Positions 47,455-57,767 of a stretch of 64,000 nt of DNA are shown here, in pieces; positions within the stretch are counted from its first letter, which is position 1, and each line of letters starts with the position of its first letter. This stretch comes from an uncultured bacterium. GTDB taxonomy: Bacteria > Patescibacteriota > JAHJAL01. Where the stretch lies: the NCBI GenBank assembly GCA_938004065.1, contig CALKWM010000020.1, positions 1,813 through 65,812 on the forward strand. Reading direction: 5' to 3'. The notes beneath the pieces were generated by a model. That model searched no databases. It was not told the origin of the DNA and saw only the letters and a list, made by a program, of their open reading frames with translations. The position numbers and the translations under genes are program-made.

Positions 47455-48138
47455 ATGGATTTTTTTATGGCAAAAATAGAGAAAATGAGCAAAATAACTG
47501 CAAAAATAAAATTTTATGATGAGGAAATTGCAGGGAGAGATTCATTTGAATCAGAAAGTCTTACAAAAAGATTTTTAGAAAACATGAAAAATTTTCTCTA
47601 TCCAGCAGAAGTTGATTACTTGGCTTATAAAATGTTGGTTGAAGATGATGTGTGTGTTATGGCATCAATGACCAATTATCAACAAGCTGTAGAAAAATAC
47701 TTAAGATTTATAAAGTTGTATTTTTATGGAAAAGAATGTCCAAAAAGTAAACAAGGACATATGTATGATGTGATTGTACAAGATACAGATTTGAATACTG
47801 TTATTCCGGATATTACCAGAAAAGAGTTTGTAAAAATATGTAATGAGTTTTCAAGTTGGAGGTATCTTGATTTTAATTCAACAGTAACAAAAGATTTAAT
47901 GAAGATGAACATAGTATTAGATCAGTTTGTGTATGAATTTTGGAAATTATTGTGTGGGTCGCGTGGATTCGTGTTGATGTATAAAACATGTATCATTTCT
48001 GGCAATCCTCATTCTTTTATTCTCCCGCGTATATATCAGACAAATGGAGATTTGAGAAAAAAATATTTAAATTTATTGAAGAGAGATAATCAATATTTTG
48101 AGAAAATGGAGGAATTGTTTAAAAATTATAAATTTTGA
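47455..48138 (+). CDS. Hypothetical protein
   Basis: 227-aa ORF co-oriented after res. Confidence 0.65.
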   Translation: MDFFMAKIEKMSKITAKIKFYDEEIAGRDSFESESLTKRFLENMKNFLYPAEVDYLAYKMLVEDDVCVMASMTNYQQAVEKYLRFIKLYFYGKECPKSKQGHMYDVIVQDTDLNTVIPDITRKEFVKICNEFSSWRYLDFNSTVTKDLMKMNIVLDQFVYEFWKLLCGSRGFVLMYKTCIISGNPHSFILPRIYQTNGDLRKKYLNLLKRDNQYFEKMEELFKNYKF

Positions 48139-48147
48139 GGAGATAGA

Positions 48148-48468
48148 ATGAACTATGAAGAGTTAGTTTTGAAGGTTTTATATGAAAAACCCAATAAACC
48201 AGAAAATGTTGTTAAAAGTAAGCATGTTAAATTTGAAGAGTTGAAGATTGCATGTTTTGGTGATGATAATGTGCCGGATTCTAAATTGCTTGATTATGAA
48301 AGTATAGTAGAGCCTTTATTGGATGATTTGAGAAATCTTGAAAATAAAGGATTGATAAAAAATAATTGGCTTGGAGAGAATGTAATTGAACCACTTAGCA
48401 CTTTTATTACTGAAAGAGGAATAAAATACTATACTGATATGTTTTTGGAAGAGAGCTATGATGAGTAG
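48148..48468 (+). CDS. Hypothetical protein, possible winged helix
   Basis: GAGGAG RBS; L..LE.KGLI...ITERGI.Y. Confidence 0.6.
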   Translation: MNYEELVLKVLYEKPNKPENVVKSKHVKFEELKIACFGDDNVPDSKLLDYESIVEPLLDDLRNLENKGLIKNNWLGENVIEPLSTFITERGIKYYTDMFLEESYDE

Positions 48469-49643
48469 TATTTATGAATAGTGTAGTATTTGAATTGTTG
48501 TTCTCTTAGATTAGATAGTTTTGTAGGTGTAAACTCTTGCAATTGTTTTTCAACATCGATTAATAAATTATATTTTCCATTTTTTGGGATATTGAGATTG
48601 GATAATTTTCTTTTCAATTTATACCAATAAGAGTGGTTCCGAGCTGTGTCGATGATGTTTCTGAGTTGATTGTGACTGCTGGAATTGATGGCAGTGATTG
48701 CTCCGGATAATTCTAGAATCTGTCTTGCTTTGAGACTCGGATTATTTGTTTTTATTATTTCCATGGTCTCGATTGGTGATTTGCCGCTAAGTAGTAGCAT
48801 TTCTTTGTTTTTGGTCAGTTCTTGCCAGAAGTATTGGAGGACCTTTTGGGATGTGCTTTGTTTAAATAACTGCTTGAAGGTTAAGATTTGGTCAATGCTG
48901 TTTTCTTTGAGGATGCTTTTGATTTTGGCTGTTTTGTTTAGTCTTATTTCTAGTCTCAAAATATTTCTAAATTTAGGTTGGTTTATTTCATCGAGAAGAT
49001 TTAGTTGAATGGAATTGTCATTTTCGATTGCTCTTTTATCTGAGGTTTGGGCTTGTTCGAGATCCTTGATTTTGTCATAAATAACTATTTCATAACTATT
49101 GGCGTGCAATTGAAAAGATTGTCCGCCATTTCTGAATATGACTTTGTTTTCCGTTAGTCTGGGAAATGGATTTAGTTTATGTAATTCAGTGATGATCATG
49201 GGAGGAGTGGTGTGATAGGGTAGGGGAATATTTTTTGAGTAATGGATAGCGGTAACCGGAGCATTATCTAAATGATGATCAAATAATCTAATACCCATAT
49301 TATCGAGAGTGTCTTTTAGTAATTGGAAAATTTTTGGATAGTCCGCATCCGTAAGTTCGTCAAAATTATTTTTGTATAACAGTTTTGGAAGTGATAATTC
49401 GATTCTTAGCTTGATAATTGGTCCGAATAATCCCATTACTGCAATCAAGGTAATTCTTGGTTTATAAATTCTTGAGCGCAATTCTTGTTTGGTTGGATTT
49501 TGGATCCATTTCTTGTTTTGTCGATGTTTAAGATGGCTTATTTCTTCTGAAAAAAGTTTGCTATTGGTATATGGGGAAAATTTACCATAGTCCCAGATTG
49601 AAAACCAATTAATTGGGAATGTTAAAACTATCGTATCGATCAT
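48456..49643 (-). CDS. Putative phage/plasmid replication initiation protein
   Basis: MIDT start, IELSLPKLLYKNN, IVIYDKIKD, ILRLEIRL resemble gene II/X-type Rep motifs. Confidence 0.62.
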   Translation of the reverse strand: MIDTIVLTFPINWFSIWDYGKFSPYTNSKLFSEEISHLKHRQNKKWIQNPTKQELRSRIYKPRITLIAVMGLFGPIIKLRIELSLPKLLYKNNFDELTDADYPKIFQLLKDTLDNMGIRLFDHHLDNAPVTAIHYSKNIPLPYHTTPPMIITELHKLNPFPRLTENKVIFRNGGQSFQLHANSYEIVIYDKIKDLEQAQTSDKRAIENDNSIQLNLLDEINQPKFRNILRLEIRLNKTAKIKSILKENSIDQILTFKQLFKQSTSQKVLQYFWQELTKNKEMLLLSGKSPIETMEIIKTNNPSLKARQILELSGAITAINSSSHNQLRNIIDTARNHSYWYKLKRKLSNLNIPKNGKYNLLIDVEKQLQEFTPTKLSNLREQQFKYYTIHKYYSS

Positions 49644-49920
49644 TAGCTTGCATTACTTTTTTGAATTGATTAATAACTTCTCTTTCTATGATTTGAGAAG
49701 TTTCTTTATTGATAGGGTGAAATAACTGAATATGATTATCACCTATTTTTTTAGTGGGATAGGTGAGTCGGTAACCTTCTTGATTGAGCTTGCTATGAAT
49801 GCCTATTGAGCTAAGATATATCTTGTTATCTAAGACAAAACTAGCAAAAGCAATTAAACCATTATGAGCTTTGATTGGAATGATTTGAATTTCGGTTATT
49901 CTGGTTGTCACTTTTTTCAT
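49609..49920 (-). CDS. SpoVG-family nucleic-acid-binding protein
   Basis: ITEIQIIP...LIAFASFVLDN...LTYP...FHPINKE. Confidence 0.78.
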   Translation of the reverse strand: MKKVTTRITEIQIIPIKAHNGLIAFASFVLDNKIYLSSIGIHSKLNQEGYRLTYPTKKIGDNHIQLFHPINKETSQIIEREVINQFKKVMQANDRYDSFNIPN

Positions 49921-50047
49921 TGTTTTGGTTCATTTCAATTAATAAATTGACGTAGTTAAAAAGATTTTCAAATGCTTCTTCGACCTCAGGTTCGCTGAGT
50001 TGCGGAAAATATTTTTGACCAAGTTTTTTGCGGTTTTCTGAAAGCAT
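49862..50047 (-). CDS. Small hypothetical protein, first gene of the Rep operon
   Basis: Overlaps the SpoVG start; amphipathic helix. Confidence 0.5.
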   Translation of the reverse strand: MLSENRKKLGQKYFPQLSEPEVEEAFENLFNYVNLLIEMNQNNEKSDNQNNRNSNHSNQSS

Positions 50048-50140
50048 TAAAAAATCGACTTATATTTGTAAGTCGATAATAAAATGAAATTGTATTGTAA
50101 AACGGGATTTCCTAGCCGTTCCTAACGAATCCTAAGAAAT

Positions 50141-50857
50141 CTATTTCTTAAAATCAAGAATTGTGAGAAGTCCAAAATGGGTTTTTTCTAAATGATTTTT
50201 TGTAATTGGGTTTGTAAATTTTATAATTTCCTTATTGATGGTAAAGAAAAGTTTTTTAGATTTATCTTTGAATCCTAAATCATTGATGATGCCAGATATA
50301 TCACGTTTTGATTCTAGCTCAGCATTTTTAATAACGTCTTGAGTTTTTAGGTCTTGGTTGGGGTTGTTAATCAAATATCTAATGAGTTTGTTGCTGTCTT
50401 TTCCATAGACAGGCGTATGAATTACTATGTTGTTTAGAAGTAATTGATCTGTTTCTTCGTTGAACGATAGCTCGTATATAATGTCTTCTTTTTTCATGAT
50501 CTTAGTTCTTTTATCAAATTTATCAGCGAGTTTTTTATAATAGGGTGGAAACTTGTTGCTCAATTCGATTAGATATTCCACGCATTGTGGATCTTCTTTC
50601 TCAACTTGATTAATAGTTAGGTTTCTATCGTAATCGTAAGGATCATATGAATTTTTACTTCTATACTCGATTGAATGTATTTTGAATAATTCATTATCTT
50701 GGGATAACTTTTTAATCAAGAGATGAAACTCATGGTAAAAGGGTGCAAGAGCCTCTGGTTCAATGCGAATATAGTCATTTGAAGATGTGATTTGAGATTT
50801 TTCATAAATATACTGGACCAATTTCCAGATTTTTCCTTCGTATTTTTCGTTGTTCAT
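50141..50857 (-). CDS. Hypothetical protein, possible C-terminal wHTH
   Basis: 238-aa ORF. Confidence 0.6.
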   Translation of the reverse strand: MNNEKYEGKIWKLVQYIYEKSQITSSNDYIRIEPEALAPFYHEFHLLIKKLSQDNELFKIHSIEYRSKNSYDPYDYDRNLTINQVEKEDPQCVEYLIELSNKFPPYYKKLADKFDKRTKIMKKEDIIYELSFNEETDQLLLNNIVIHTPVYGKDSNKLIRYLINNPNQDLKTQDVIKNAELESKRDISGIINDLGFKDKSKKLFFTINKEIIKFTNPITKNHLEKTHFGLLTILDFKK

Positions 50858-50947
50858 AATGCATTACGTTTTTATTGTTATTATTACTGTATATATTATA
50901 TATTTTATAATATTTTTCGGGTTATAATATATATGAGGAGTAAAAAT

Positions 50948-51448
50948 ATGATTAAAAATATCTCCGAAAAATATAAGAATGTAATTATCTATTTTGCCAT
51001 AAAGATTCGTAATGGTACTTTGGGCGTTTTAAAGTTGGCCAAATTGATGTACTACCTAGATTTTGATTTTTTTGAGAAATATGGAAAATCTGTAACTGGT
51101 GATGAGTATCTGAGGTTTGACAGAGGTCCGGTTCCTAGAATGTTTAAAAAGTGTATTGATGAAATGGATGGAAAAGAGATAAAGGTTATAAAAAAGAAAT
51201 TGGGAAATGGTTATAATGATCAACAATGCATAGAGCCATTGGTTGGTTTTAATAACTCATATTTTACTAAGAATGAATTAGTCATGATGGATGAGATAGC
51301 TGATAAATGGGAAAAAATGACAGGAACAGAAATGAAACATGCTAGTCACGGTGAAGCTCCTTGGATTGCAACCAAAAAAGACGCAGTTATTGATTATAAT
51401 CTTGCATATTATCGCAATAAATATAGCGAAATGGATGCAAAGGAGTGA
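50948..51448 (+). CDS. Panacea (SocA/DUF4065) domain antitoxin
   Basis: KLAKLMYYLD, Y.RFDRGPVP, SHGEAPW; GAGGAG RBS before 50948. Confidence 0.85.
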   Translation: MIKNISEKYKNVIIYFAIKIRNGTLGVLKLAKLMYYLDFDFFEKYGKSVTGDEYLRFDRGPVPRMFKKCIDEMDGKEIKVIKKKLGNGYNDQQCIEPLVGFNNSYFTKNELVMMDEIADKWEKMTGTEMKHASHGEAPWIATKKDAVIDYNLAYYRNKYSEMDAKE

Positions 51449-51795
51449 AATTGGAGATAAAGTGTCATTCTGATATTGATAAAGATTTGAAGAATTTAAA
51501 AAAGTGTGCCGATCCCTTGGGTTCACTTGAATCATGGGAGAGACTTTTTCTAGTTAAAGGAATTAATGAAACTCCAGGAATTGATCCTTATCCTGGTTTT
51601 GGAGATAAAAAAATCTATAAGGCAAGAGTAGTTCCATTGAAAGAGAATCGTGGCAAATCTGATGGTTATAGATTGGTTTTTCAACTAATATCCAATGATT
51701 GTATAAAACTTGTAGCATATTACAGACATAATGCTGGTAAGCTAAAAAAAGAAAGTAAGGTTATGGGTGTTGTAAAATCGAGGTTATTGGATTAA
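51445..51795 (+). CDS. RelE-like toxin
   Basis: KIYKARV...GKSDGYRLVF; start overlaps the antitoxin stop. Confidence 0.75.
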   Translation: MKLEIKCHSDIDKDLKNLKKCADPLGSLESWERLFLVKGINETPGIDPYPGFGDKKIYKARVVPLKENRGKSDGYRLVFQLISNDCIKLVAYYRHNAGKLKKESKVMGVVKSRLLD

Positions 51796-52069
51796 TGCAT
51801 GTGACAAAGTTTAGTATTGTTTCATGAAATGAGATAATATCGAGGTAGTATTTAGTTCGAAACATGTCAATGAGGGGGAGTGCTTTTTTTAAGTAGAGTA
51901 TAGTAGTTGGTTTTGAAAGTGGATAAATAAATTGTGAATAAAAAAAATATGATAGAGAACAATTTGTGAATGAGGGTTTATTAATATAAATTTAATCTAA
52001 TTATTAGATTATTTTAATGTGGTATATTATTAAATTGTTAATATGTTTTAAAATAGTAATATTAAAAAA

Positions 52070-53170
52070 ATGGGGGGGGATGAAATGGAAAAGGAATTAC
52101 CAAAGGTGGTAATTGTTGGTGAGAGATTTTATGCCGGACTAAGATCGATAGGATCAAATTCCAAGAAGTACAAAGCTGAGAAATATGAAACGGCAGATAG
52201 TTTTATCAATCATTTTTCAGCAAATATTAATGGATTGGATGAGTGTGCATTAGTGGTTGTTTAAATGGAACTACCTGATACTCAAAAAAATGGAATTACG
52301 GTGGCGTTGTTTTTGGAAGAGGCCAGATTTTCAAATTATTTGCTTATGAGTACCATGACCAAAGATCAGTTTATAGGCAAATTATCCAGTTGTGTAATTC
52401 CTAATAAGTCAAAAATTTCTGCGATAGCAAAAATTTTTCAAGAGTGTTTGATAATGCCCAATTTAAATGGCGAGTTTCTCAATTGTTTGCTAAATTTAAC
52501 TATTAAATTTGTCCATTCGGGCAAAAAAATTCAATTGTTAAAAAAATCGTTTGGGGATTTAACTATTGAGAATAAACAATTGTCGTCTGTGGCAGATTTA
52601 ATCGATTGTTTTATAAATGCCATTGACGCATCTCAAAAAACCGCCGAGCAATATATTGTTGAATTATCAGATGGGCGATATGTGACTGAACTCGGTATGG
52701 ACTTGTTGGTGAAATTGCATCATACCATAGAAGAATTGTCGGAACTGGTGATTTTTGGTCAGGATTGTTTTTCTAAAAAAAGTTATGGGAAAGATATCAC
52801 TTTGGTCGATTCAGTAAAAAATGTGATTACTGAATTGTCTAAAAAAATTGGTTGTGAGATTGATCCTGATTTGTCCGGAATCGATAATGATGTTATTAAA
52901 ATTTCTCCCGGGATATTGGATGTGGTATTGTCCGATTTGTTGCAAAAATACATCCAATATTTGAGAGAAAAAAAGCAAAATCAGTTTTTTATCGAGATGA
53001 AAACTGATGTAAGTTTAAAGACCAGGTTAAATGTAAAATTGAATAGCGCTGATTTTGTAAAGAGTTATGCCAAATCATATTTTGAAAATTCTTTTCTGAA
53101 AAATTTGCATGAAAAGGAAATTGTGTGTTTTGGTGTAGTTAGCGCAAATGAAATCGAATACAAATTTTAA
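52070..53170 (+). pseudogene. Receiver-like signalling gene interrupted by an in-frame TAA (or two abutting genes)
   Basis: 52070-52264 and 52265-53170 share a frame; ALVVV*MELPD..NG. Confidence 0.5.
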
Positions 53171-53327
53171 ATATAGCAATCCGGAATATTCTTCCGGATT
53201 GTTTTCAAATATAGAGAAAATATTTTTCATTGATTATTTTGGCTTTTTGGAACTTGGCTGATTATTGAAAAGTAATTGGGTTTTGTATTATGCTGTATGT
53301 TAAGATTTAAACAAGGAGGGGGTAGAA

Positions 53328-54155
53328 ATGAATTTTAAAAAGGTAGAGGAAAGAAAATCACAATTAGTGAGATTGGAAAATCATGAACTGGATTTACCCG
53401 TGGACACTTATTTTTATATCGACGATGATCTGGAAGATATTTTGTTGGACAGAAGTATGGTTGGATGGTTACTGCAACTAAAAATGTTTCGAGTAACGAG
53501 GTCGATATTTAGTTCGATAAGAGAAATTATTTTGGATAGGTATCCGCCGGAAACTAGAGTGGAACAGGTAAATTTAGCCGGGAGCGATTTTTACCAAGCG
53601 CAGTCCGCACATGCCAAAGAATTTAATAGTTGTTTACGGCGAAATTATGTTGGGGAGCATCGAGAGCCAATCAAAGGCAAGTATGATGCAAATGGCAAGC
53701 AGCAATTCAGAGTTGTTGTGTCATATGTTAGAATTGAGGCCTTTGGGAAGCTGTTAATTTTGTGCGAGACATTGGCAACTGGTAGAAGTGCTATAGAAAG
53801 TTTTAATCATACTTTGCCGGTCATGTTGGAAAATGGTTTGGAAACCGTATTGATCATAACGGTTGCCGGTTCGATTGATGGTGCTCAGAATTTATATCGA
53901 TACTTGAAACGATATAAATTGGAAGTGGTGTTTATGGTGGGTATGGGTTTGTTCCCTTTGGGTGCAGACGGAACAGCGCTTATGTGGCGAGGTAAAAATG
54001 GTGAGGAACCCATAACTTTGCCTGAATATGTCGAACGAGGTAAAAAAATATTCCTCCCCGGGGAGTGTTGTATAGGTGATTGGGGGAGAAGATATACTGA
54101 TCCAAAGGGGTATTTGGAAGAATGGAAGAAGGAGACGACAATGTTAAAAAAATAG
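53328..54155 (+). CDS. Type I phosphoribosyltransferase-like protein
   Basis: LLILCETLATGRS PRPP-loop variant; AGGAGG RBS. Confidence 0.6.
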   Translation: MNFKKVEERKSQLVRLENHELDLPVDTYFYIDDDLEDILLDRSMVGWLLQLKMFRVTRSIFSSIREIILDRYPPETRVEQVNLAGSDFYQAQSAHAKEFNSCLRRNYVGEHREPIKGKYDANGKQQFRVVVSYVRIEAFGKLLILCETLATGRSAIESFNHTLPVMLENGLETVLIITVAGSIDGAQNLYRYLKRYKLEVVFMVGMGLFPLGADGTALMWRGKNGEEPITLPEYVERGKKIFLPGECCIGDWGRRYTDPKGYLEEWKKETTMLKK

Positions 54156-54254
54156 ATATAATTAGAAAAAAATTTACGATTTGATGACTATCAGGTCGTT
54201 TTTTTATTGATTAAAGGTTAAAATGGATATAGTTTTTAAAATTATTATAAATAG

Positions 54255-55601
54255 ATGAAGATTACTTTGAAGGGGGCGGCTGGGGGTGTGACGGGATCGT
54301 GTACATTGCTGGAGACGAAAGGTAAAAAATATTTGATTGATTGTGGTATGTTTCAGGGTGGAGAGGAGATGAAACAAAGGAATCGTGAGTTGTTTGATTT
54401 CGATGTCAAAGAAATTGAAGCGGTTTTTTTAACTCATGCTCATTTGGATCATTGCGGATTGTTGCCCAAGCTGGTAAAAGAGGGTTTCAAGGGTAAATTG
54501 TATTGTACCAATCCAACGGTAGAAATGACGGAGATTGTATTGTTGGATTCGGCCAGAATTGCGAGCGAGGACGCCAAATATGATGAAATTGAACCGATAT
54601 ATGACGAAGACGATGTGGGTATGCTTTTGAGTTTTTTTGTTGGCAAGGAGTATCATGAGCCATTTTTGGTAAATGATCTGGAGGTGAAGTTTTGGGATGC
54701 CGGGCATATATTGGGATCGGCGATTGTGGAAATATTTGATGGAGAAAAAAGAATTTTGTTTTCAGGCGATTTGGGTAACTATCCGGTTTTATTGTTAAAT
54801 AAACCCGATTCTCCGATCGGTGCCGATGCGTTGGTAGTTGAGTCAACTTATGGAGATAGACAGCATGAAGATGTTTATATGAGGAAATTGATTTTGCGTA
54901 ATGCGGTTTGTAAAGCTTTGGGACATGGAGGAGTGGTGATGATTCCGGCTTTTGCAATGGAGAGGACGCAAGAACTTTTGTATGTTTTCAATGATTTCGC
55001 CGAAAGAGAAAAAATGTGTCGAGGGATGGTGTATATGGATAGCCCGATGGCAACCAAGATTACCAAAGTTTTCAATAAATATACCGATTATCTCAATGAA
55101 GAAGCGAAATGGTTTTTATCAACTGAAAATGACTTGTTCGGGTTTCCACAATTAAAAATTACCAATACGGTGGCGGAGTCAAAGGCGATTAATTTTGATG
55201 CCGAGCCAAAAGTGATAATAGCCGGATCGGGAATGATGAATGGAGGTCGGATTAGACATCATTTGAAACATTATTTATCGGATAGTAGAAATGTGGTTTT
55301 TATAGTGGGCTATCAGGTGGCCGGTACTTTGGGCCGAGAGATATTGGATGGAGCCAAGAGTGTGAAGATATTTGGTGAAGACATAGATGTAAAAGCACAA
55401 ATTATGGCAGTGGGGGCCTTTTCGGCGCATGCTGATCGAAATCGTATATTGCAATGGATTGCCTCGATGGAAAAATTGCCTCAAAAAATAATTTTGAATC
55501 ATGGGGAGCAGGGGGCAAAGGAAAGTTTACAGGTGAAGATAAATGAGACTTTGCGGACGGAATGCCTGGTGCCGAAAGAAAATGAAGTATTGGAAATATA
55601 G
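54255..55601 (+). CDS. MBL-fold beta-CASP ribonuclease
   Basis: VTGSC, THAHLDH, AGHILGS, ESTYG, FSAHAD, NHGE. Confidence 0.95.
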   Translation: MKITLKGAAGGVTGSCTLLETKGKKYLIDCGMFQGGEEMKQRNRELFDFDVKEIEAVFLTHAHLDHCGLLPKLVKEGFKGKLYCTNPTVEMTEIVLLDSARIASEDAKYDEIEPIYDEDDVGMLLSFFVGKEYHEPFLVNDLEVKFWDAGHILGSAIVEIFDGEKRILFSGDLGNYPVLLLNKPDSPIGADALVVESTYGDRQHEDVYMRKLILRNAVCKALGHGGVVMIPAFAMERTQELLYVFNDFAEREKMCRGMVYMDSPMATKITKVFNKYTDYLNEEAKWFLSTENDLFGFPQLKITNTVAESKAINFDAEPKVIIAGSGMMNGGRIRHHLKHYLSDSRNVVFIVGYQVAGTLGREILDGAKSVKIFGEDIDVKAQIMAVGAFSAHADRNRILQWIASMEKLPQKIILNHGEQGAKESLQVKINETLRTECLVPKENEVLEI

Positions 55602-55617
55602 AAACAAAATTATCATA

Positions 55618-55736
55618 TTGCTTTTTTTGACAGCAAAAAAAGCAACAAAAAAACTGCCGGGGGTCATAATTGCGGGAATCTCTATGGTAATTGTATATTT
55701 GCGCTGCAGGGCCGCAAGTATTCCCCCCGGACCCCC
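55618..55736. repeat. Structured intergenic element, copy 1
   Basis: Homologous to 62302-62414 with compensatory stem changes. Confidence 0.75.
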
Positions 55737-55789
55737 ATGTTGCTACGAGTTCAAAAAAAATAACAATATTTACATTATTGATATAAAGT

Positions 55790-56725
55790 ATGTATTTGAT
55801 TGAAAAAGAACAATTTGAGCGGTTTCCGGTACAGATGGTTGAGCTAGCAAAAATGGCGGAGGAGATGGGATATGAGGTGAGTTGGGTGGATAAATGGTCC
55901 GGGGGTTTGATGGAAATCAATGGCCGTTTTTTTGGTTATGGATTAATACCGAAGTTTCCTTTAAATAGTGGTATTTCGAGGCAATTGGTGAGGGATAAAG
56001 TGTATGGTTACATGTTAATGGAAAAAAATGGAATTAAGGTGCCCGAAGGAGATTATTTTTTTCGATATGATGAAAAATATTTGAAACAAACTGAGGGCAA
56101 GGGAGTGCAAGAAGCAATTGAATTTGCTAGCCGTTTGAATTATCCGGTTTTTGTGAAACCTAATCGCGGAGCTTTGGGAAGAGATTGTAAACTGGTGATA
56201 AATGTGGAAGAGTTGAAAGATGGATTGGAAAAAATATGGACTAGTGATTTTATGGCGATTATCCAAAGAGTATTAAATGGTAGAGAATATCGAGTGATGT
56301 TTTTGGATGGAGAGGTGATATTGGCTTATGAAAAAAGTAAGTTGTATGTGGAAGGAGATGGGATAACAAATCTCAAACAAAAAGCAAAGAAGCAGGAATC
56401 AAGAATAAAGAAGCAAGATGAAGAAAAGATACTCAAAAAAGGGGAGAGATATTATTTGACAGATGTGGCGAATTTGAGCGGGGGTGGGGTGGTAGTGGGG
56501 GTGGTTGATGACTATAGTGATGGATTGAAGAATTTAGTGAAAAAAATATCAGATGTTTTTGATCTTAGGTATGGCGGGATTGATTTTATCGGTGGAGATG
56601 TAAACAATGTTGATGAGTTAACGGTTTTCGAGGTAAATGCTGATCCCGGGTTGGAAGGGTTTTTGGAGTTTGATCGGGAGAGGGGAATGGGAGTGTTGCA
56701 AAAATTATTGAAGGCGAGTTTTTGA
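55790..56725 (+). CDS. ATP-grasp ligase (CphA/GshF/RimK-like)
   Basis: YPVFVKPNRG, GREYRV, ANLSGGG, GIDFI, FEVNADPG. Confidence 0.88.
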   Translation: MYLIEKEQFERFPVQMVELAKMAEEMGYEVSWVDKWSGGLMEINGRFFGYGLIPKFPLNSGISRQLVRDKVYGYMLMEKNGIKVPEGDYFFRYDEKYLKQTEGKGVQEAIEFASRLNYPVFVKPNRGALGRDCKLVINVEELKDGLEKIWTSDFMAIIQRVLNGREYRVMFLDGEVILAYEKSKLYVEGDGITNLKQKAKKQESRIKKQDEEKILKKGERYYLTDVANLSGGGVVVGVVDDYSDGLKNLVKKISDVFDLRYGGIDFIGGDVNNVDELTVFEVNADPGLEGFLEFDRERGMGVLQKLLKASF

Positions 56726-56870
56726 GTAAATTAAATAAAGTATCAAGTATCAAGGATCAAGGATCCCAGCCCAAGGATGGTCCGCCTAGGGCGGAAAGTA
56801 TGGAGTCGCTAAAGCGACTATTATAAAATAGGCAGGAAAAAAGCCATCGGATGTTTTGACGGCTTTTTTT

Positions 56871-57503
56871 TTATGAATTTTTGTTTTTGATAGGGATTTT
56901 AGCTTGAATGTGGTCAATGCATCTTTCGTCGTCTAATCCATAGCCACGATACCAAAGTTCTGATGGAACTTTGAAATAGGGAGCTAATTTATAAAACAGT
57001 GGAAATTCTGATAATTTATTTTTCAGTTGTTCAAAAGGGTGTTTGTTAATCATGGTAAAAATAGAAATATTAATCGGGAAAAAAGGAGATTTGGAAAAGG
57101 TATCTAGCAATGTTAAAATAGTTGTTCCTTTGTCATACATGCAATCGATGATGATAATTTTTTTATTTTTAATTACATCCGGAAGTTTGGGTGAATAATT
57201 GACAGTCATCTCTTTTAATCTTTTTTCATTTTTGAAAGACATGACATCAACATATGCGATATCAAGTCTTTTGGGATTGTTAATGTATTTCATAAGGTTG
57301 TTGGGATATTTTACCGCTCCAGCAATTTCGACTGGTACTAGTACCACCTCTTCATTAGTGGCAAAAATTTCATTAAAAAATGCTGCTTGAATTTCGCAGC
57401 GTTCGTCGAGTTTTTCCGCGGAAATGAATGGGTTGAATTCACCCGGTTTCCATGAGGATGGTACGTGCAGTTCCTCAATTTCATATTTCTTTGTTTTAGT
57501 CAT
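56871..57503 (-). CDS. Hypoxanthine phosphoribosyltransferase-like protein (divergent)
   Basis: IIIIDCMYDKGTT, GYGLD; GGAGG RBS before MTKTKK. Confidence 0.7.
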   Translation of the reverse strand: MTKTKKYEIEELHVPSSWKPGEFNPFISAEKLDERCEIQAAFFNEIFATNEEVVLVPVEIAGAVKYPNNLMKYINNPKRLDIAYVDVMSFKNEKRLKEMTVNYSPKLPDVIKNKKIIIIDCMYDKGTTILTLLDTFSKSPFFPINISIFTMINKHPFEQLKNKLSEFPLFYKLAPYFKVPSELWYRGYGLDDERCIDHIQAKIPIKNKNS

Positions 57504-57695
57504 TTTTTCGACCTCCTTAAAAATGATTGTAGGTAGATAATAGCATAGAGAAAAAAATTGTTCAATTCTTTTTTTCAATCCGTGTTTTGGTGTATAATGA
57601 TATTTGGGGCAAATTAAGAAATAAGAAGTAAGAAATAAGTAAAAAGTAAATCAATTTTTTCTTAGTTCTTATTTCTTGTTTCTTGCTTCTTTTCT

Positions 57696-57753
57696 GGAGG
57701 GTTGGCTTAAGTGGTCGCCTCTTCGGCGACCTGCCGATGAGGCAGGTTGAAAG
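57696..57753 (+). pseudogene. 5' fragment of tRNA-Ser(GCT) interrupted by a ~32-bp double hairpin
   Basis: GGAGGGTTGGCTTAAGTGGT[insert]TGAAAG versus intact GGAGGGTTGGCTGAGTGGTTGAAAG. Confidence 0.8.
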
Positions 57754-57767
57754 TATTATATTAAAAA

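Larger units (their letters stand above)
33781..51881. mobile_element. ~18.1-kb integrative element / defence island
   Basis: Integrase, Xis-like, Rep-like, TA and RM cargo; GGAGT at both ends (33781-33785, 51877-51881) with in-frame integrase tail at the far end. Confidence 0.75.

Noticed and set aside
33781-51881. Prophage or conjugative ICE
   Set aside because: No structural, packaging, lysis or T4SS genes recognised
33768-51928. GTGGATAAAT direct repeat (33768-33777, 51919-51928) as the att core
   Set aside because: It resembles a common DnaA-box-like motif and would not give the in-frame integrase tail; the GGAGT junction is preferred but unproven
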